From Promethearchaeati archaeon SRVP18_Atabeyarchaeia-1 (GTDB lineage: Archaea; Asgardarchaeota; Atabeyarchaeia; Atabeyarchaeales; Atabeyarchaeaceae), in the NCBI GenBank assembly GCA_037308085.1, contig CP147779.1, positions 992,001 through 1,056,000 on the forward strand: 64,000 nucleotides of DNA. Direction: 5' to 3'. Of the stretch, positions 41,721-51,503 are shown piece by piece (the first letter of the stretch is position 1; each line of letters begins with the position of its first letter). A model generated the notes under the pieces. It had not been told where the DNA came from and made no database searches. It saw only the letters and a program-made list of their open reading frames with translations. Both the position numbers and the translations under genes were made by a program.

Positions 41721-42572
41721 ATGACAGCCAATAACTGCTCGTTCTGCTACTTGGCATGCGTGCCTCCAAAGGTCCCGAACGGGATGCCGGTATCAAGCTA
41801 TATGCGAAGCTTGGGCTGTAACGGGTTTAACAGGTTCTTCTGGCGTGTACCCACTACCAGGCTGAGGGCAGTGCTATCAAAGCCTGAACTCGCAAATGCA
41901 ATTGTTTTTAGGCGATCACGGAAGGTAATTGGGCACTCAATAAGCGAGTGCACTGGCACTGTCCGGCTTGGCAGTTTCGTCATAATAGCCTATAGATTGA
42001 ATAAACCCTCAAGGAGGATCAGAAAGGTTATTCAGAGGGCCTTGCAGAGAGCCCCATACTTCAAGCTCTGTCCGTCAGTTTACGCCTTTCCCCAATTGAA
42101 GAGAACAAGCATGACCACGAGTCAGAGCACAATCGGGCGCTCAAGTAAAAGGCAAAGCATCACTACTCCACGTGAGCTTGTAGACATTCTTAACGGATTC
42201 GACGCCAGGGTGTTGAGGCTATCGAGATTGGTTGTGCTAGATCAGGCGATGGAGAGGGAATTGGTCGAGCGTATGGTGTCGACTAGGAAGGCTCAGTGCC
42301 GCAGGTTGACGGAATCGTGCAAAAGCATCGTCTTATCTGCCCATCTGCAGAGAAGTGAGTATTTAGTGACCAGGGCTCTCAGGCTGAAACTCTCGGAGAT
42401 AAAGTACAGGTACCGTGCAGCCCGAGCAGTCCTTAGCTTCTTGAAGAGACAAATGAACATTGATATGAGCGACGAGTTGTTCAGAGCAAGCAGAGCCATA
42501 AGCTCATGTCGTGACGCGCTGAGAAGTGCCGAAGAGATGCAGACTTCGACTCCGGCAGAGACAACCCACTAA
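41721..42572 (+). CDS. Highly basic hypothetical protein with ChrB-N/PaaX-like region
   Basis: 'IIAYRL..PSRRIR..IQRAL......L..SVYAFP' then helical 'ELVERM...RKAQC..L...C'; similarity recalled, not searched. Confidence 0.5.
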   Translation: MTANNCSFCYLACVPPKVPNGMPVSSYMRSLGCNGFNRFFWRVPTTRLRAVLSKPELANAIVFRRSRKVIGHSISECTGTVRLGSFVIIAYRLNKPSRRIRKVIQRALQRAPYFKLCPSVYAFPQLKRTSMTTSQSTIGRSSKRQSITTPRELVDILNGFDARVLRLSRLVVLDQAMERELVERMVSTRKAQCRRLTESCKSIVLSAHLQRSEYLVTRALRLKLSEIKYRYRAARAVLSFLKRQMNIDMSDELFRASRAISSCRDALRSAEEMQTSTPAETTH

Positions 42573-42681
42573 ACAGAAGCACGTTGCACAAATGTGGGCT
42601 ATACAGAAAACGTTAAAAGCGTACTGTGACATTAAGGTGTTCTTACTATTTCACGGTCGTTTGGAGGGCTGGAATCAGACA

Positions 42682-42972
42682 ATGGGAAACCTAGAGTTCT
42701 GCCCGAAATGCGGAAAACTGCTTCTCCCCCAAAAAGAAGGGAGAAAGACGATCCTTAAGTGCAGAACTTGCGGAGCAACGTACCAGCTAAAGGATATCGA
42801 GAGCTACAAGCTGAAGGTAGCTATTCCGCCCACATCGAAGGAGCGACTTGTTGTAGTTGAAGGCGGCGCTAAGAAGAAGACATCAGAGCTAACAGAGGAC
42901 GAGCGGGTCGAGGCGTACCGTCAAGCGCTCGATTACTACCAAGAAGAGGAAGAATCACCGGAAGAAACTTGA
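42682..42972 (+). CDS. TFS/RpoM-like protein, N-terminal zinc ribbon only
   Basis: 'FCPKCG.LL.P......LKCRTCG'; no C-terminal TFIIS ribbon. Confidence 0.75.
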   Translation: MGNLEFCPKCGKLLLPQKEGRKTILKCRTCGATYQLKDIESYKLKVAIPPTSKERLVVVEGGAKKKTSELTEDERVEAYRQALDYYQEEEESPEET

Positions 42973-43041
42973 GCTGGAACATTGAGGAATCCGTTCTCCG
43001 CTAAGCATATGCACCCTTCACGAGTCCGCAGCAAACCTTGT

Positions 43042-44283
43042 TCAATTGTCTTCTTTGGCAGTACTAATCGCCCCAGCCATCTTCATGATCAGAAAGTCGG
43101 GGATGGCCCTGATCAATGATTCCCTATAAGTTCTGCGACCCGACAGTATATCGGCGACTTTTCTGCTTAGCCTGCTTCTGAGTCTAGTGTCTTTCGCGAA
43201 TGCGCCGCTCATGAACCCTCTTTTTAGTGCTATGTTCTGTAGCCACCTGCCCCACTTCATATCACTGCCGATAGCTCTTCGCCAAGCGCCCTCATATTTT
43301 CCCAGGAACCTTGCCGATATATCCCCCATTTCGACAGCCTCTGAGCAAATTCTCCCCGCAATTTCGCCTGCAACCATTGAATAATGCATTCCCTCTCCAG
43401 ATATCGATGAGCAATGCCCAGCTGCATCCCCGACCACCACCAACCCATCGCCGTAGGTTGGCGAAACTAATCCAGATAAGGGGCACAAAGCCGCCTCAAA
43501 CCTCAGTATCTTTCCTCCCGCTAGCTTTCCGCTGGCAACAGGATGCCTTGTCATGACATAATCTAGAAACTTCTTGAGGCTAGTATTCACCTTGGACAAC
43601 AGCGCCCCAACGCCGACGGTCACCGAATTGTCTTTTGGCACTATCCATGCATAACCAAATGGCGATACGTCTCCTCCGTAGTAGAACTCATTCATATCTC
43701 CGATTCTCTTCTCGATCATCTGGTTGTCCATCAGTATCTGATACTGTACGCACTGGCCGAGTTGACTCGGTCTGAAGGGCGGATGAACCACAGTCTTCTT
43801 CACGATAATGGAATTAACTCCATCAGCAGCTATCAGCATCCCCGCCTTGACCCTTTCTATTCCGCCATCTGAGGCTCGTAATTTCAGCTTGTATCCACTC
43901 ACACGGGCTCCTTCATCTGCCCTTGTCACGTCTACGACTCGAATGCCCGTGTCCACGCTTCCGCCTGCTTTCCTCACCCTCTCGACTAGATGCCGTGCAA
44001 GTGTCCCTCTGTCGAAGTTCCAGAAAATCGGGTGAGCGTAGCTCACCTCATCGACTTGGTGGTTAGGCAGGACAACTCTTATTCCCCTGATCTGGCGGCA
44101 GGCAAGTTCTGGGCGTACCTTGAACATTCTCAAGGCAGCATCGCGAAGCATTCCCGCACAGGGCTTCCACTCCCCGGGATTCTCATCCTGGTCAACTACG
44201 TGGACGCTGACACCCCTCTTCGCAAGGGTCTCTGCCGCGACCAAACCAGCCGGTCCTGCACCGACAATAGTGACTGAGGTCAA
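43042..44283 (-). CDS. Geranylgeranyl reductase family flavoprotein
   Basis: GAGPAG, 'KPCAG', 'ADG..S', 'GYAWIVPK', 'VGDAAG...ISGEG'. Confidence 0.88.
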   Translation of the reverse strand: MTSVTIVGAGPAGLVAAETLAKRGVSVHVVDQDENPGEWKPCAGMLRDAALRMFKVRPELACRQIRGIRVVLPNHQVDEVSYAHPIFWNFDRGTLARHLVERVRKAGGSVDTGIRVVDVTRADEGARVSGYKLKLRASDGGIERVKAGMLIAADGVNSIIVKKTVVHPPFRPSQLGQCVQYQILMDNQMIEKRIGDMNEFYYGGDVSPFGYAWIVPKDNSVTVGVGALLSKVNTSLKKFLDYVMTRHPVASGKLAGGKILRFEAALCPLSGLVSPTYGDGLVVVGDAAGHCSSISGEGMHYSMVAGEIAGRICSEAVEMGDISARFLGKYEGAWRRAIGSDMKWGRWLQNIALKRGFMSGAFAKDTRLRSRLSRKVADILSGRRTYRESLIRAIPDFLIMKMAGAISTAKEDN

Positions 44284-44443
44284 GGTTAAACTAGGTCTCC
44301 ACCCAAGCGTTTCCATAAATACTGGCGGTAACTTTTGCGTGGACTCTATATTTACGCCTTGCCCACGCTTCGCTACGACATCCTTTTATCATGGATTGCC
44401 CTAAATTCTAGAAAAAGGAAGTTCCAAAAAGGAGAGTACAAAA

Positions 44444-45064
44444 TTGATCGCGATACCTTACGGTACAGAGATACTCGATCTCATTCCGGTGTTTCTATTG
44501 ATCGCTGGCATTCTCACGATCCTTTACGCTTTTGTTCGCCTAAAGGCACCAGGAAAGACAACAGGTGCCGAGACGCTAATGGGCGCAGTGACTTTCATCA
44601 TAGGCATGGCGCTTCCTGTGGGTGCCGCTCTATGCTTTGTAGACCGTGCATTTGGGATCTTCACAGTTATCCTCCTGCTAATATTGAGTGCTGCGCTCGT
44701 CTTGGGACCGATTTCCAGAATCATCAAGAAGATTCCAACATTAGGCTTAGCCGCGGTGATAGCGTTGATCGCGTCATACGTAATCGCCACATTTGTGACC
44801 GCCCTCATTCCTCAGTCTCTTCAAACCTACCTTGCGGGCTATGGCATCAGCCACTGGCTAATGATTATCCTCTTCATCATAATCCTGGCTCTCTTGTTCA
44901 CAATGCTCATTTTCGCTAAGGGTCTCATACAACTCACTGGCATGGTTCTGGGTGCCTGGCCGATCATGATTGTAATCGGTGCGATATGCGTGATTCAGGG
45001 CGTACTGCTAGCGTTTGGGATGAGCCTATCGCAGGGCTTTGAAGTAATCCTAGTGCCTTGGTAG
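44444..45064 (+). CDS. Hypothetical integral membrane protein
   Basis: About 6 hydrophobic segments. Confidence 0.7.
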   Translation: MIAIPYGTEILDLIPVFLLIAGILTILYAFVRLKAPGKTTGAETLMGAVTFIIGMALPVGAALCFVDRAFGIFTVILLLILSAALVLGPISRIIKKIPTLGLAAVIALIASYVIATFVTALIPQSLQTYLAGYGISHWLMIILFIIILALLFTMLIFAKGLIQLTGMVLGAWPIMIVIGAICVIQGVLLAFGMSLSQGFEVILVPW

Positions 45065-45216
45065 CCATGGGATTTGAGGTACGGAGTAGAACTGGCAAAG
45101 GCAAATATCCCATTCCTATTTTTCGTATATGTGCTGGCGTGTCCTACAAATCCAGCTTGGGATAGCTTTCTTGTGGAGATATCTGGCATGTAAAGGCGAA
45201 CACCGGTCTGAGAGAA

Positions 45217-46047
45217 ATGAGGATCAGAAAAGGAATAGAAATAGTGGAGAATCATCCTGCCCTATTCGTAGAACCCATCGACACGGTTGTAGTTGCAGAT
45301 CTGCATCTTGGGATAGAACGGGAACTGGCAACCACCGGTATCTTCCTTCCTCGCTTTCAGTATCAAGACATCAAGGAGTCTCTCTCATTGATCATCAACA
45401 AGGTCGCCCCCAGGCAGATCATTGTAAACGGGGATCTTAAGCATAGGTTTGGCGGGAGAACCGACCAGGAGTTCAACGAAGTCATCGATTCACTTAGCTT
45501 CCTTACAGAGAACGTGGAGAATGTAATTGTAATCCGCGGGAATCACGACAACTTTGTCAAAGGGTTGTTTGCGCGGTTCCCGAAGACAAGGTTCGTCGAA
45601 AGCGTATACACCGAAGGAGATTTCACCTTCACGCACGGTCATGTCATCCCCCTTGAGATTGGAACGCAGGAATCCAAAGTTATCGTAATAGGTCACGAGC
45701 ATCCCGCAATCGGCCTTAGGGATGACGTCGGCGCGAAAGTGAAGCTGAGAGCGCTGCTTGTAGGTTCAGCTGGACCCAAGAAGGAACTAGTAGTGCTGCC
45801 AGCATATTCGCCGCTAGCTCTTGGGGCAGAAGTGAACATGGTCACATACGACGAGGAGATACTCTCCCCGTTTCTAAAGAGCTATGTGCCCCTGGAAAGC
45901 ATGAGGGCATACGGCATAGATTCACAGTCGGGGATATTCAGTTTCCCAGAGCTAAAGTATTGGCGAGGAACTGAACCGACAACGTATTTAGCTAATGAGC
46001 ACAATCGCGGTGTAGCAAAGAGAAAACGGCGCCACAGATATAGGTGA
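45217..46047 (+). CDS. Calcineurin-like metallophosphoesterase
   Basis: DLH, GD, GNHD, HGH, GHEHP motifs. Confidence 0.9.
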   Translation: MRIRKGIEIVENHPALFVEPIDTVVVADLHLGIERELATTGIFLPRFQYQDIKESLSLIINKVAPRQIIVNGDLKHRFGGRTDQEFNEVIDSLSFLTENVENVIVIRGNHDNFVKGLFARFPKTRFVESVYTEGDFTFTHGHVIPLEIGTQESKVIVIGHEHPAIGLRDDVGAKVKLRALLVGSAGPKKELVVLPAYSPLALGAEVNMVTYDEEILSPFLKSYVPLESMRAYGIDSQSGIFSFPELKYWRGTEPTTYLANEHNRGVAKRKRRHRYR

Positions 46048-46126
46048 AGTGCTCTCACTAGTAAAAAGGCAAAGAGATCAGAGGGCGCCGCTTTGACACA
46101 TAGAGGCGCCAACAGGTAGATTCCCT

Positions 46127-47053
46127 TTGTGGGCGAAAGCATTCTGTCCAGGTCACATAACAGGCTTCTTCGAAATATGTGACCAGCCCACCGACCCCCT
46201 AAAGCGTGGGTCACGGGGTGCCGGCGTATCAATAAACAGAGGTGTAGCCACAGAAGTCATTATCGAAGAGTCGAGTCCCGCGAAGGTGGAGGTAACCATC
46301 AACGGAAAATCCGACCCGGCTCCAGTGACGAATAGCGTAGTCAACCTCATGTCGAGACTACGCCACGACCAGACTAGTCTCCACATTAAGATCAAACATG
46401 AGTCTCTTATCCCAGTAGGATGTGGAATGGGTTCGAGTGGAGCAGGAGCGTGGGGAACAGCCCTATCGCTCAATAATTTGCTCAAGCTGAGTCTGACCCA
46501 GGACCGGGTTGGGCAGATAGCACACAGGGCTGAAGTTGAGAATAGAACAGGGCTGGGAACGGTCATCGCCCAGCAGCGAGGAGGGATCGAAATAAGACCA
46601 ACCCCAGGAGCTCCAGGAGTCGGGCATGTCGACCAGATCCCTTTTCACCCGGACCTGCGGGTAGTCTGTAGCTCGATGGGCGCAATCTCAACGAAATCAA
46701 TGCTCACCGACCCCGCAATAAGAGCAAGCATAAACAAGTACGGTGGAAAACTAGTGAAGCAAATATGCAACAGTGCCTCCCCGGAAACGCTAATGAAGTT
46801 ATCAAGAGAATTCTCGCAACGAACGAGGCTACAATCAAGGAGAGTTGATGATGGTCTAGAGATGCTAGATGAAAAAGGTTTTCACGACTGTAGCATGGCG
46901 TTGTTTGGGGATACGATTTTCTCTATTGCGTGGGAGGATGAAGCAGAGAGTATTGTTAGAGTCCTCAAAGACTGGAACAAGGTGGGTGAGACGTTCTCTA
47001 CGGCAATAGACATGATTGGCGCAAGACTCATGGGATGTGAGAAAGATGGCTAA
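46127..47053 (+). CDS. Pantoate kinase (GHMP family)
   Basis: 'AF.PGHITGFF', 'GSRGAG', 'P.GCG.GSSGA', 'AH.AEV..RTGLGTV'. Confidence 0.92.
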   Translation: MWAKAFCPGHITGFFEICDQPTDPLKRGSRGAGVSINRGVATEVIIEESSPAKVEVTINGKSDPAPVTNSVVNLMSRLRHDQTSLHIKIKHESLIPVGCGMGSSGAGAWGTALSLNNLLKLSLTQDRVGQIAHRAEVENRTGLGTVIAQQRGGIEIRPTPGAPGVGHVDQIPFHPDLRVVCSSMGAISTKSMLTDPAIRASINKYGGKLVKQICNSASPETLMKLSREFSQRTRLQSRRVDDGLEMLDEKGFHDCSMALFGDTIFSIAWEDEAESIVRVLKDWNKVGETFSTAIDMIGARLMGCEKDG

Positions 47054-47831
47054 TATCCCGGAAACGCATCCAAGAGCCGCTTCTCTGAAGGTCCGAGAGC
47101 TGCTAATCGAGGGCTTCAAGGAAGGATACGTTGCGATGGCAGGGTTGATTGCCCATGGTCGCGGGGAAGCATTCGACTACCTCCTGGGAGAGGAAACGCC
47201 GCCGCCAGCCCTCATTGCCACGAAGGCAGCGGCTGCGGCTCTTTTGCTGGCAGAACGCCCCGTCATCAGCGTAAACGGAAACCTTGCCGCCTTGGCCCCC
47301 AAGGAAACAGTCGAGTTGGCGAAGCTTACTAATTCAAGGATAGAAGTCAACTTATTCTACAGGACAAAGGAACGGGAGAGGGGAATCGAAAGAGTCCTGA
47401 GAAATGCAGGCGCCACCGAAGTACTGGGCGTGGGTGACTCTGCAAGCGCGACAATACCTGAGCTTTTCAGCGAAAGAAGAAGGGTAGATCCCAGCGGCAT
47501 ACTGGTTGCCGACACAGTTCTAGTTTTGATGGAGGATGGGGATCGAACGGAAGCCCTTCGCAAAATGGGGAAGAAAGTGATTGCAATAGATCTGAATCCA
47601 CTCAGCCGGACATCGCGGGCTGCAAACATCACGATCGTAGACAACGCCGTGAGGGCAATGCCCAATTTAATGATCGAATCGAGAAAAGCAAAGAAGCAAG
47701 ACAGGTCAACCTTGTACGGACAAATCAAAGAATTTAATAATGAAAGGAACCTATTAGACTGCCTTAACCAGATCTGGAGAAGAATCTCAAGGTTGAAGAA
47801 AGAAGGGCTTGCCATGGACTATGACCTGTAG
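47046..47831 (+). CDS. Phosphopantothenate synthetase (4-phosphopantoate-beta-alanine ligase)
   Basis: 'IP..HPR..SL..RE', 'GLIAHGRGEAFDYL', 'EDGDRTEAL', 'IDLNPLSRT'. Confidence 0.94.
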   Translation: MANIPETHPRAASLKVRELLIEGFKEGYVAMAGLIAHGRGEAFDYLLGEETPPPALIATKAAAAALLLAERPVISVNGNLAALAPKETVELAKLTNSRIEVNLFYRTKERERGIERVLRNAGATEVLGVGDSASATIPELFSERRRVDPSGILVADTVLVLMEDGDRTEALRKMGKKVIAIDLNPLSRTSRAANITIVDNAVRAMPNLMIESRKAKKQDRSTLYGQIKEFNNERNLLDCLNQIWRRISRLKKEGLAMDYDL

Positions 47832-47928
47832 CCCTGATCGATTTTGCCGATAAAACTCCCAACTGCAATTCCGAGCATTTATGGAGGAGGCAATTGCTTC
47901 TGGGTTTCCAAGAGGTGTTAGAAAACCG

Positions 47929-49242
47929 TTGAAGAGATCCCCACAAGAACAGAAGAATGTACTTCAGGTTGCCCTAGACTTCGAGAACATGCATCGAGCT
48001 CTACAAGTCGCATCTGAGGCTGTAAAGGGAGGCGCCGATTGGCTCGAAGCGGGGACGCCTCTCATCAAGAGCGAAGGTCTAAACTGTGTTCGAGAACTGA
48101 GGAAGAGATTTCCCGACAAGTTGATTGTCGCCGACATGAAGACAATGGACACAGGTCGATTCGAAGTAGAAATAGCAGCTAAAGCGGGGGCCCAAGTAGT
48201 AATCATATTGGCTACCGCGGATGATAGTACCATCAAAGAAGCCGTAGAGGCTGGTCGGAACTACGGCGCGCAAATAATGGCTGACCTGATCAATGTAAGC
48301 GATATGGTTTCCAGGGCTGTGGAACTCGAGAAGATTGGCGTTGACTACATTTGCATTCACATCGGAATAGATCAGCAGATGAGAGGCATGAAAGCGGAGG
48401 ACATAATCAAGAAGGTTGCCGAAGTAGTCCGCACACCCATAGCCGCAGCAGGCGGAGTAAACTCGGAGAATGTACCAACTCTGGTGGAAGCTGGCGCCCA
48501 AATAGTAATCGTCGGAGGCGCAATCACGAAAGCCGAGAACGCGGAAGAGGCTACCAGGGCGCTGAAGAAAGCGCTAGTCACTAGGACGGCGATCGCGACC
48601 AAACTCTATAAGAAATATGGCGAAGAAGACATATTCAAAGTCTTTAGAATGTGCTCAACTCCGAACATTTCCGATGCCATGCACAGAAGGGGAGAAATGA
48701 AGGGAATACTCCCAGTGTCAGCTAACTGCAAAATGGTCGGAAGGGCCTTGACAGTTCGCACATACCCTGGCGATTGGGCAAAGCCGGTCGAAAGCATTGA
48801 CATAGGCGCAGAGGGAGATGTAATAGTGATTGAAGCAGGTGGGCAAGGCCCCGCCGTTTGGGGAGAGCTGGCAACGTGGAGCTGCAGAACTCAAGGCATC
48901 GAGGGTGTCGTGATAGATGGCGCCATAAGGGATGTCGAGGATATCCGCGAAATGGGATTTCCAGCATTCTCTCGTCTGGTAAGCCCCACTGCGGGTGAAC
49001 CGAAAGGCTTCGGGGAAATTAATGTCGAGATAACCTGTGGAGACATCAAGGTGAGACCCGGTGACTACATAATCGGCGACGATAACGGGGTCGTAGTCGT
49101 ACCCAAGGAGTCAGCCGTAGAGGTAGCGAACCGATCAATCGACGTGAGAGAGAAAGAGAACAGAGTGCGAGAAGAGATAAAAAGAGGGAGTACTCTATCC
49201 AAAGTCCAGAAGCTCAAGCAGTGGGAGAAAGTCATTGGCTAA
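47929..49242 (+). CDS. hxlA: 3-hexulose-6-phosphate synthase fused to RraA/HMG-aldolase-like domain
   Basis: HPS: 'LQVALD', 'EAGTPLIK.EG', 'DMKTMD', 'HIGID', 'VGGAIT'; RraA: 'STPNISDAM', 'WGE-x20-RD', 'PGD.I.GD..GVVVVP'. Confidence 0.9.
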   Translation: MKRSPQEQKNVLQVALDFENMHRALQVASEAVKGGADWLEAGTPLIKSEGLNCVRELRKRFPDKLIVADMKTMDTGRFEVEIAAKAGAQVVIILATADDSTIKEAVEAGRNYGAQIMADLINVSDMVSRAVELEKIGVDYICIHIGIDQQMRGMKAEDIIKKVAEVVRTPIAAAGGVNSENVPTLVEAGAQIVIVGGAITKAENAEEATRALKKALVTRTAIATKLYKKYGEEDIFKVFRMCSTPNISDAMHRRGEMKGILPVSANCKMVGRALTVRTYPGDWAKPVESIDIGAEGDVIVIEAGGQGPAVWGELATWSCRTQGIEGVVIDGAIRDVEDIREMGFPAFSRLVSPTAGEPKGFGEINVEITCGDIKVRPGDYIIGDDNGVVVVPKESAVEVANRSIDVREKENRVREEIKRGSTLSKVQKLKQWEKVIG

Positions 49243-49318
49243 GCTTCGATTAGGCTGTTTACCTTGTTTTCTTCATGGACCTGTGGTTATGCGATCCGGG
49301 TGACTTGGTGACGTATCC

Positions 49319-50248
49319 TTGCGATTGATAGTTCTTGGGGCCGGAGCCATTGGTAGCCTCTTAGGGGGTCTATTATCGGAAGTCGGACTGGACGTCACGC
49401 TAGTTGGGAGACAAGCTCACACGAAAGCCATTAGGTCGCGGGGGCTGCACATAAGTGGAGTTGTTGGAAGCAAGACTATCAGAATTGAGTCAGAAGCAAG
49501 CGCCTCTGCAATCAAGGGCAAAGCAGACATGATTCTATGCACCGTGAAAGCCTACGATACTGAGCAGGCGGCCACTGACGCAAAGACGCTGATGGGCAAG
49601 GATTCCATATTTCTATGTATGCAGAACGGGCTCGGTGTTGAGAATGAGGCGGCCAAAGTGCTCGGCGAAGCAAATGTAACAAGGGGAGTGACCAACACTG
49701 GTGCGCTTCTTGTTAAACCAGGTTACATTGAATGCACTGGAGTAGGCGACACAATCGTCGGCTGTCCAAATGAGGACTGGAAACCCAAGATCAGCGGATT
49801 AGTCGAAGCTTTAAACTCCGCAGGACTCCCAGCCATGCTCACAAGGAACATATCGAATGCTGTTTGGACAAAGGTACTCGTAAACGTCGGAATAAATGCA
49901 ATCGGAGCTATAACTCGTCTAAAGAATGGAGACCTCCTTTCGAATCCCTACTTGAAGGATCTCATGAGATCAGCTGTCACCGAAGCTCTAGCAGTATCGG
50001 AAAAGGCTGGATTGAACCTCAAGAAAGAAGACATTGTCGAGAAGACCTTCAAAATCGCTGAGGCAACGGCAGCTAACAAGAACTCGATGCTACAAGATGC
50101 TGAGAAAGGCAAGAGAACGGAGATCGACTTTATTAACGGAGCAGTCGCTAGAATCGGTAAAAGTATAGGTATCCCAACTCCGATCAATGACACGCTTACT
50201 GCCCTGGTCAAGGGCGCGGAATCACGTGCTCTTCGGAACGAAACATGA
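49319..50248 (+). CDS. panE: Ketopantoate (2-dehydropantoate) reductase
   Basis: GAGAIG, 'VKAY', 'QNG', 'W.K...N..IN', 'SMLQD...GKRTEID.ING'. Confidence 0.93.
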   Translation: MRLIVLGAGAIGSLLGGLLSEVGLDVTLVGRQAHTKAIRSRGLHISGVVGSKTIRIESEASASAIKGKADMILCTVKAYDTEQAATDAKTLMGKDSIFLCMQNGLGVENEAAKVLGEANVTRGVTNTGALLVKPGYIECTGVGDTIVGCPNEDWKPKISGLVEALNSAGLPAMLTRNISNAVWTKVLVNVGINAIGAITRLKNGDLLSNPYLKDLMRSAVTEALAVSEKAGLNLKKEDIVEKTFKIAEATAANKNSMLQDAEKGKRTEIDFINGAVARIGKSIGIPTPINDTLTALVKGAESRALRNET

Positions 50249-50278
50249 ACGACAGGAAGCTCACAGGAGAAATGATCA

Positions 50279-51445
50279 TTGGAAGAACAAGGGATTCCTG
50301 CTAACAAGATACTGCAAGAACTTGAGGAACGCACCAAGAACGACTATACCCATGACTCAGGCAGGATACTCGGATCGATGATATCGAAACCGCACAGATT
50401 CGCCTCCGAAGTGTACATAAAATACCTTGAAAAGAACTTAGGTGACCCAGGTCTATGCCCTGGAGTTGCGGAGATAGAGAAAGAGGCAATAGGGCTCATC
50501 GGGTCGCTACTTCACCATCCAAACGCATCAGGTAATATCGTGACGGGGGGCACCGAAGCCAACCTGATTGCGATGGCCGTTGCCCGGAACATGAGAGAAG
50601 ATACCAGAAGACCGACAATCATAATGCCGAGGTCGGCCCACGTATCCTTTGACAAAGCCGCAAGCCTACTGTGCCTTCACAAGATCAAGGTGGGTCTGAA
50701 TAGGTCCTTTCAAATGAATGTGGATGAACTCAAAAGATCCATCACCGGCGACACCGTGGCAATCGTCGCTGTCGCGGGAACGACGGTCTTAGGGGTTGTC
50801 GACCCCATCGAAGAAATATCTGAAATAGCCGAGGACAAGGGTATATTCATGCATGTAGACGCGGCATTCGGAGGCTTTGTCCTACCATTTCTAAGAGAGC
50901 TTGGATACGACACGCCAGACTTTGATTTCAGACTCAAAGGAGTCTCCTCAATGACGATAGACCCGCACAAAATGGGATTTTGCCCAATCCCAGCGGGAGG
51001 AATACTTTTCAGAAAGCGCAGCTACATCAAGTATAATGGCGTCAAAGTCCCCTACTTGGCGGGCGGAATCGCAACCCAAGGAACAATAGTAGGAACGCGA
51101 AGCGGAGCTTCAGCATGCGCTGTCTGGGCACTTCTGAAGCACCTAGGCCGCCAGGGATTCATGGATGCGGTCAAACACTGCATGGAGCTTACGAATTACC
51201 TTGTTGATAGAATCAAGAACTTGAAAGGTGTTCAGCTCACAACCCAACCCACCCTGAACATGATTGGGATCAAGTCAAACCAATATTCCATCAAGTCAAT
51301 CTGGAAGAGGCTCAGGGAAAGAAAGTGGGCGGTAGGTGGGCTCAAGGAGTCACTACGCATAGTGATCCTGCCACACATTGAACGCGAACACGTAGACGCC
51401 TTCCTAAACGATCTGCAAGCGATCCTGGAAGAGTTGAGGAGCTAA
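50279..51445 (+). CDS. mfnA: PLP-dependent aspartate/tyrosine decarboxylase (MfnA family; likely beta-alanine source)
   Basis: 'ILGSM...PH', 'NLGDPGL', GGTEAN, 'HVDAAFGG', DPHK. Confidence 0.92.
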   Translation: MEEQGIPANKILQELEERTKNDYTHDSGRILGSMISKPHRFASEVYIKYLEKNLGDPGLCPGVAEIEKEAIGLIGSLLHHPNASGNIVTGGTEANLIAMAVARNMREDTRRPTIIMPRSAHVSFDKAASLLCLHKIKVGLNRSFQMNVDELKRSITGDTVAIVAVAGTTVLGVVDPIEEISEIAEDKGIFMHVDAAFGGFVLPFLRELGYDTPDFDFRLKGVSSMTIDPHKMGFCPIPAGGILFRKRSYIKYNGVKVPYLAGGIATQGTIVGTRSGASACAVWALLKHLGRQGFMDAVKHCMELTNYLVDRIKNLKGVQLTTQPTLNMIGIKSNQYSIKSIWKRLRERKWAVGGLKESLRIVILPHIEREHVDAFLNDLQAILEELRS

Positions 51446-51503
51446 AGCTTTACCGTAATATTCAATTCGCTTCCTCTCCCCGGCAGATTCAAATTCTTGA
51501 TCC

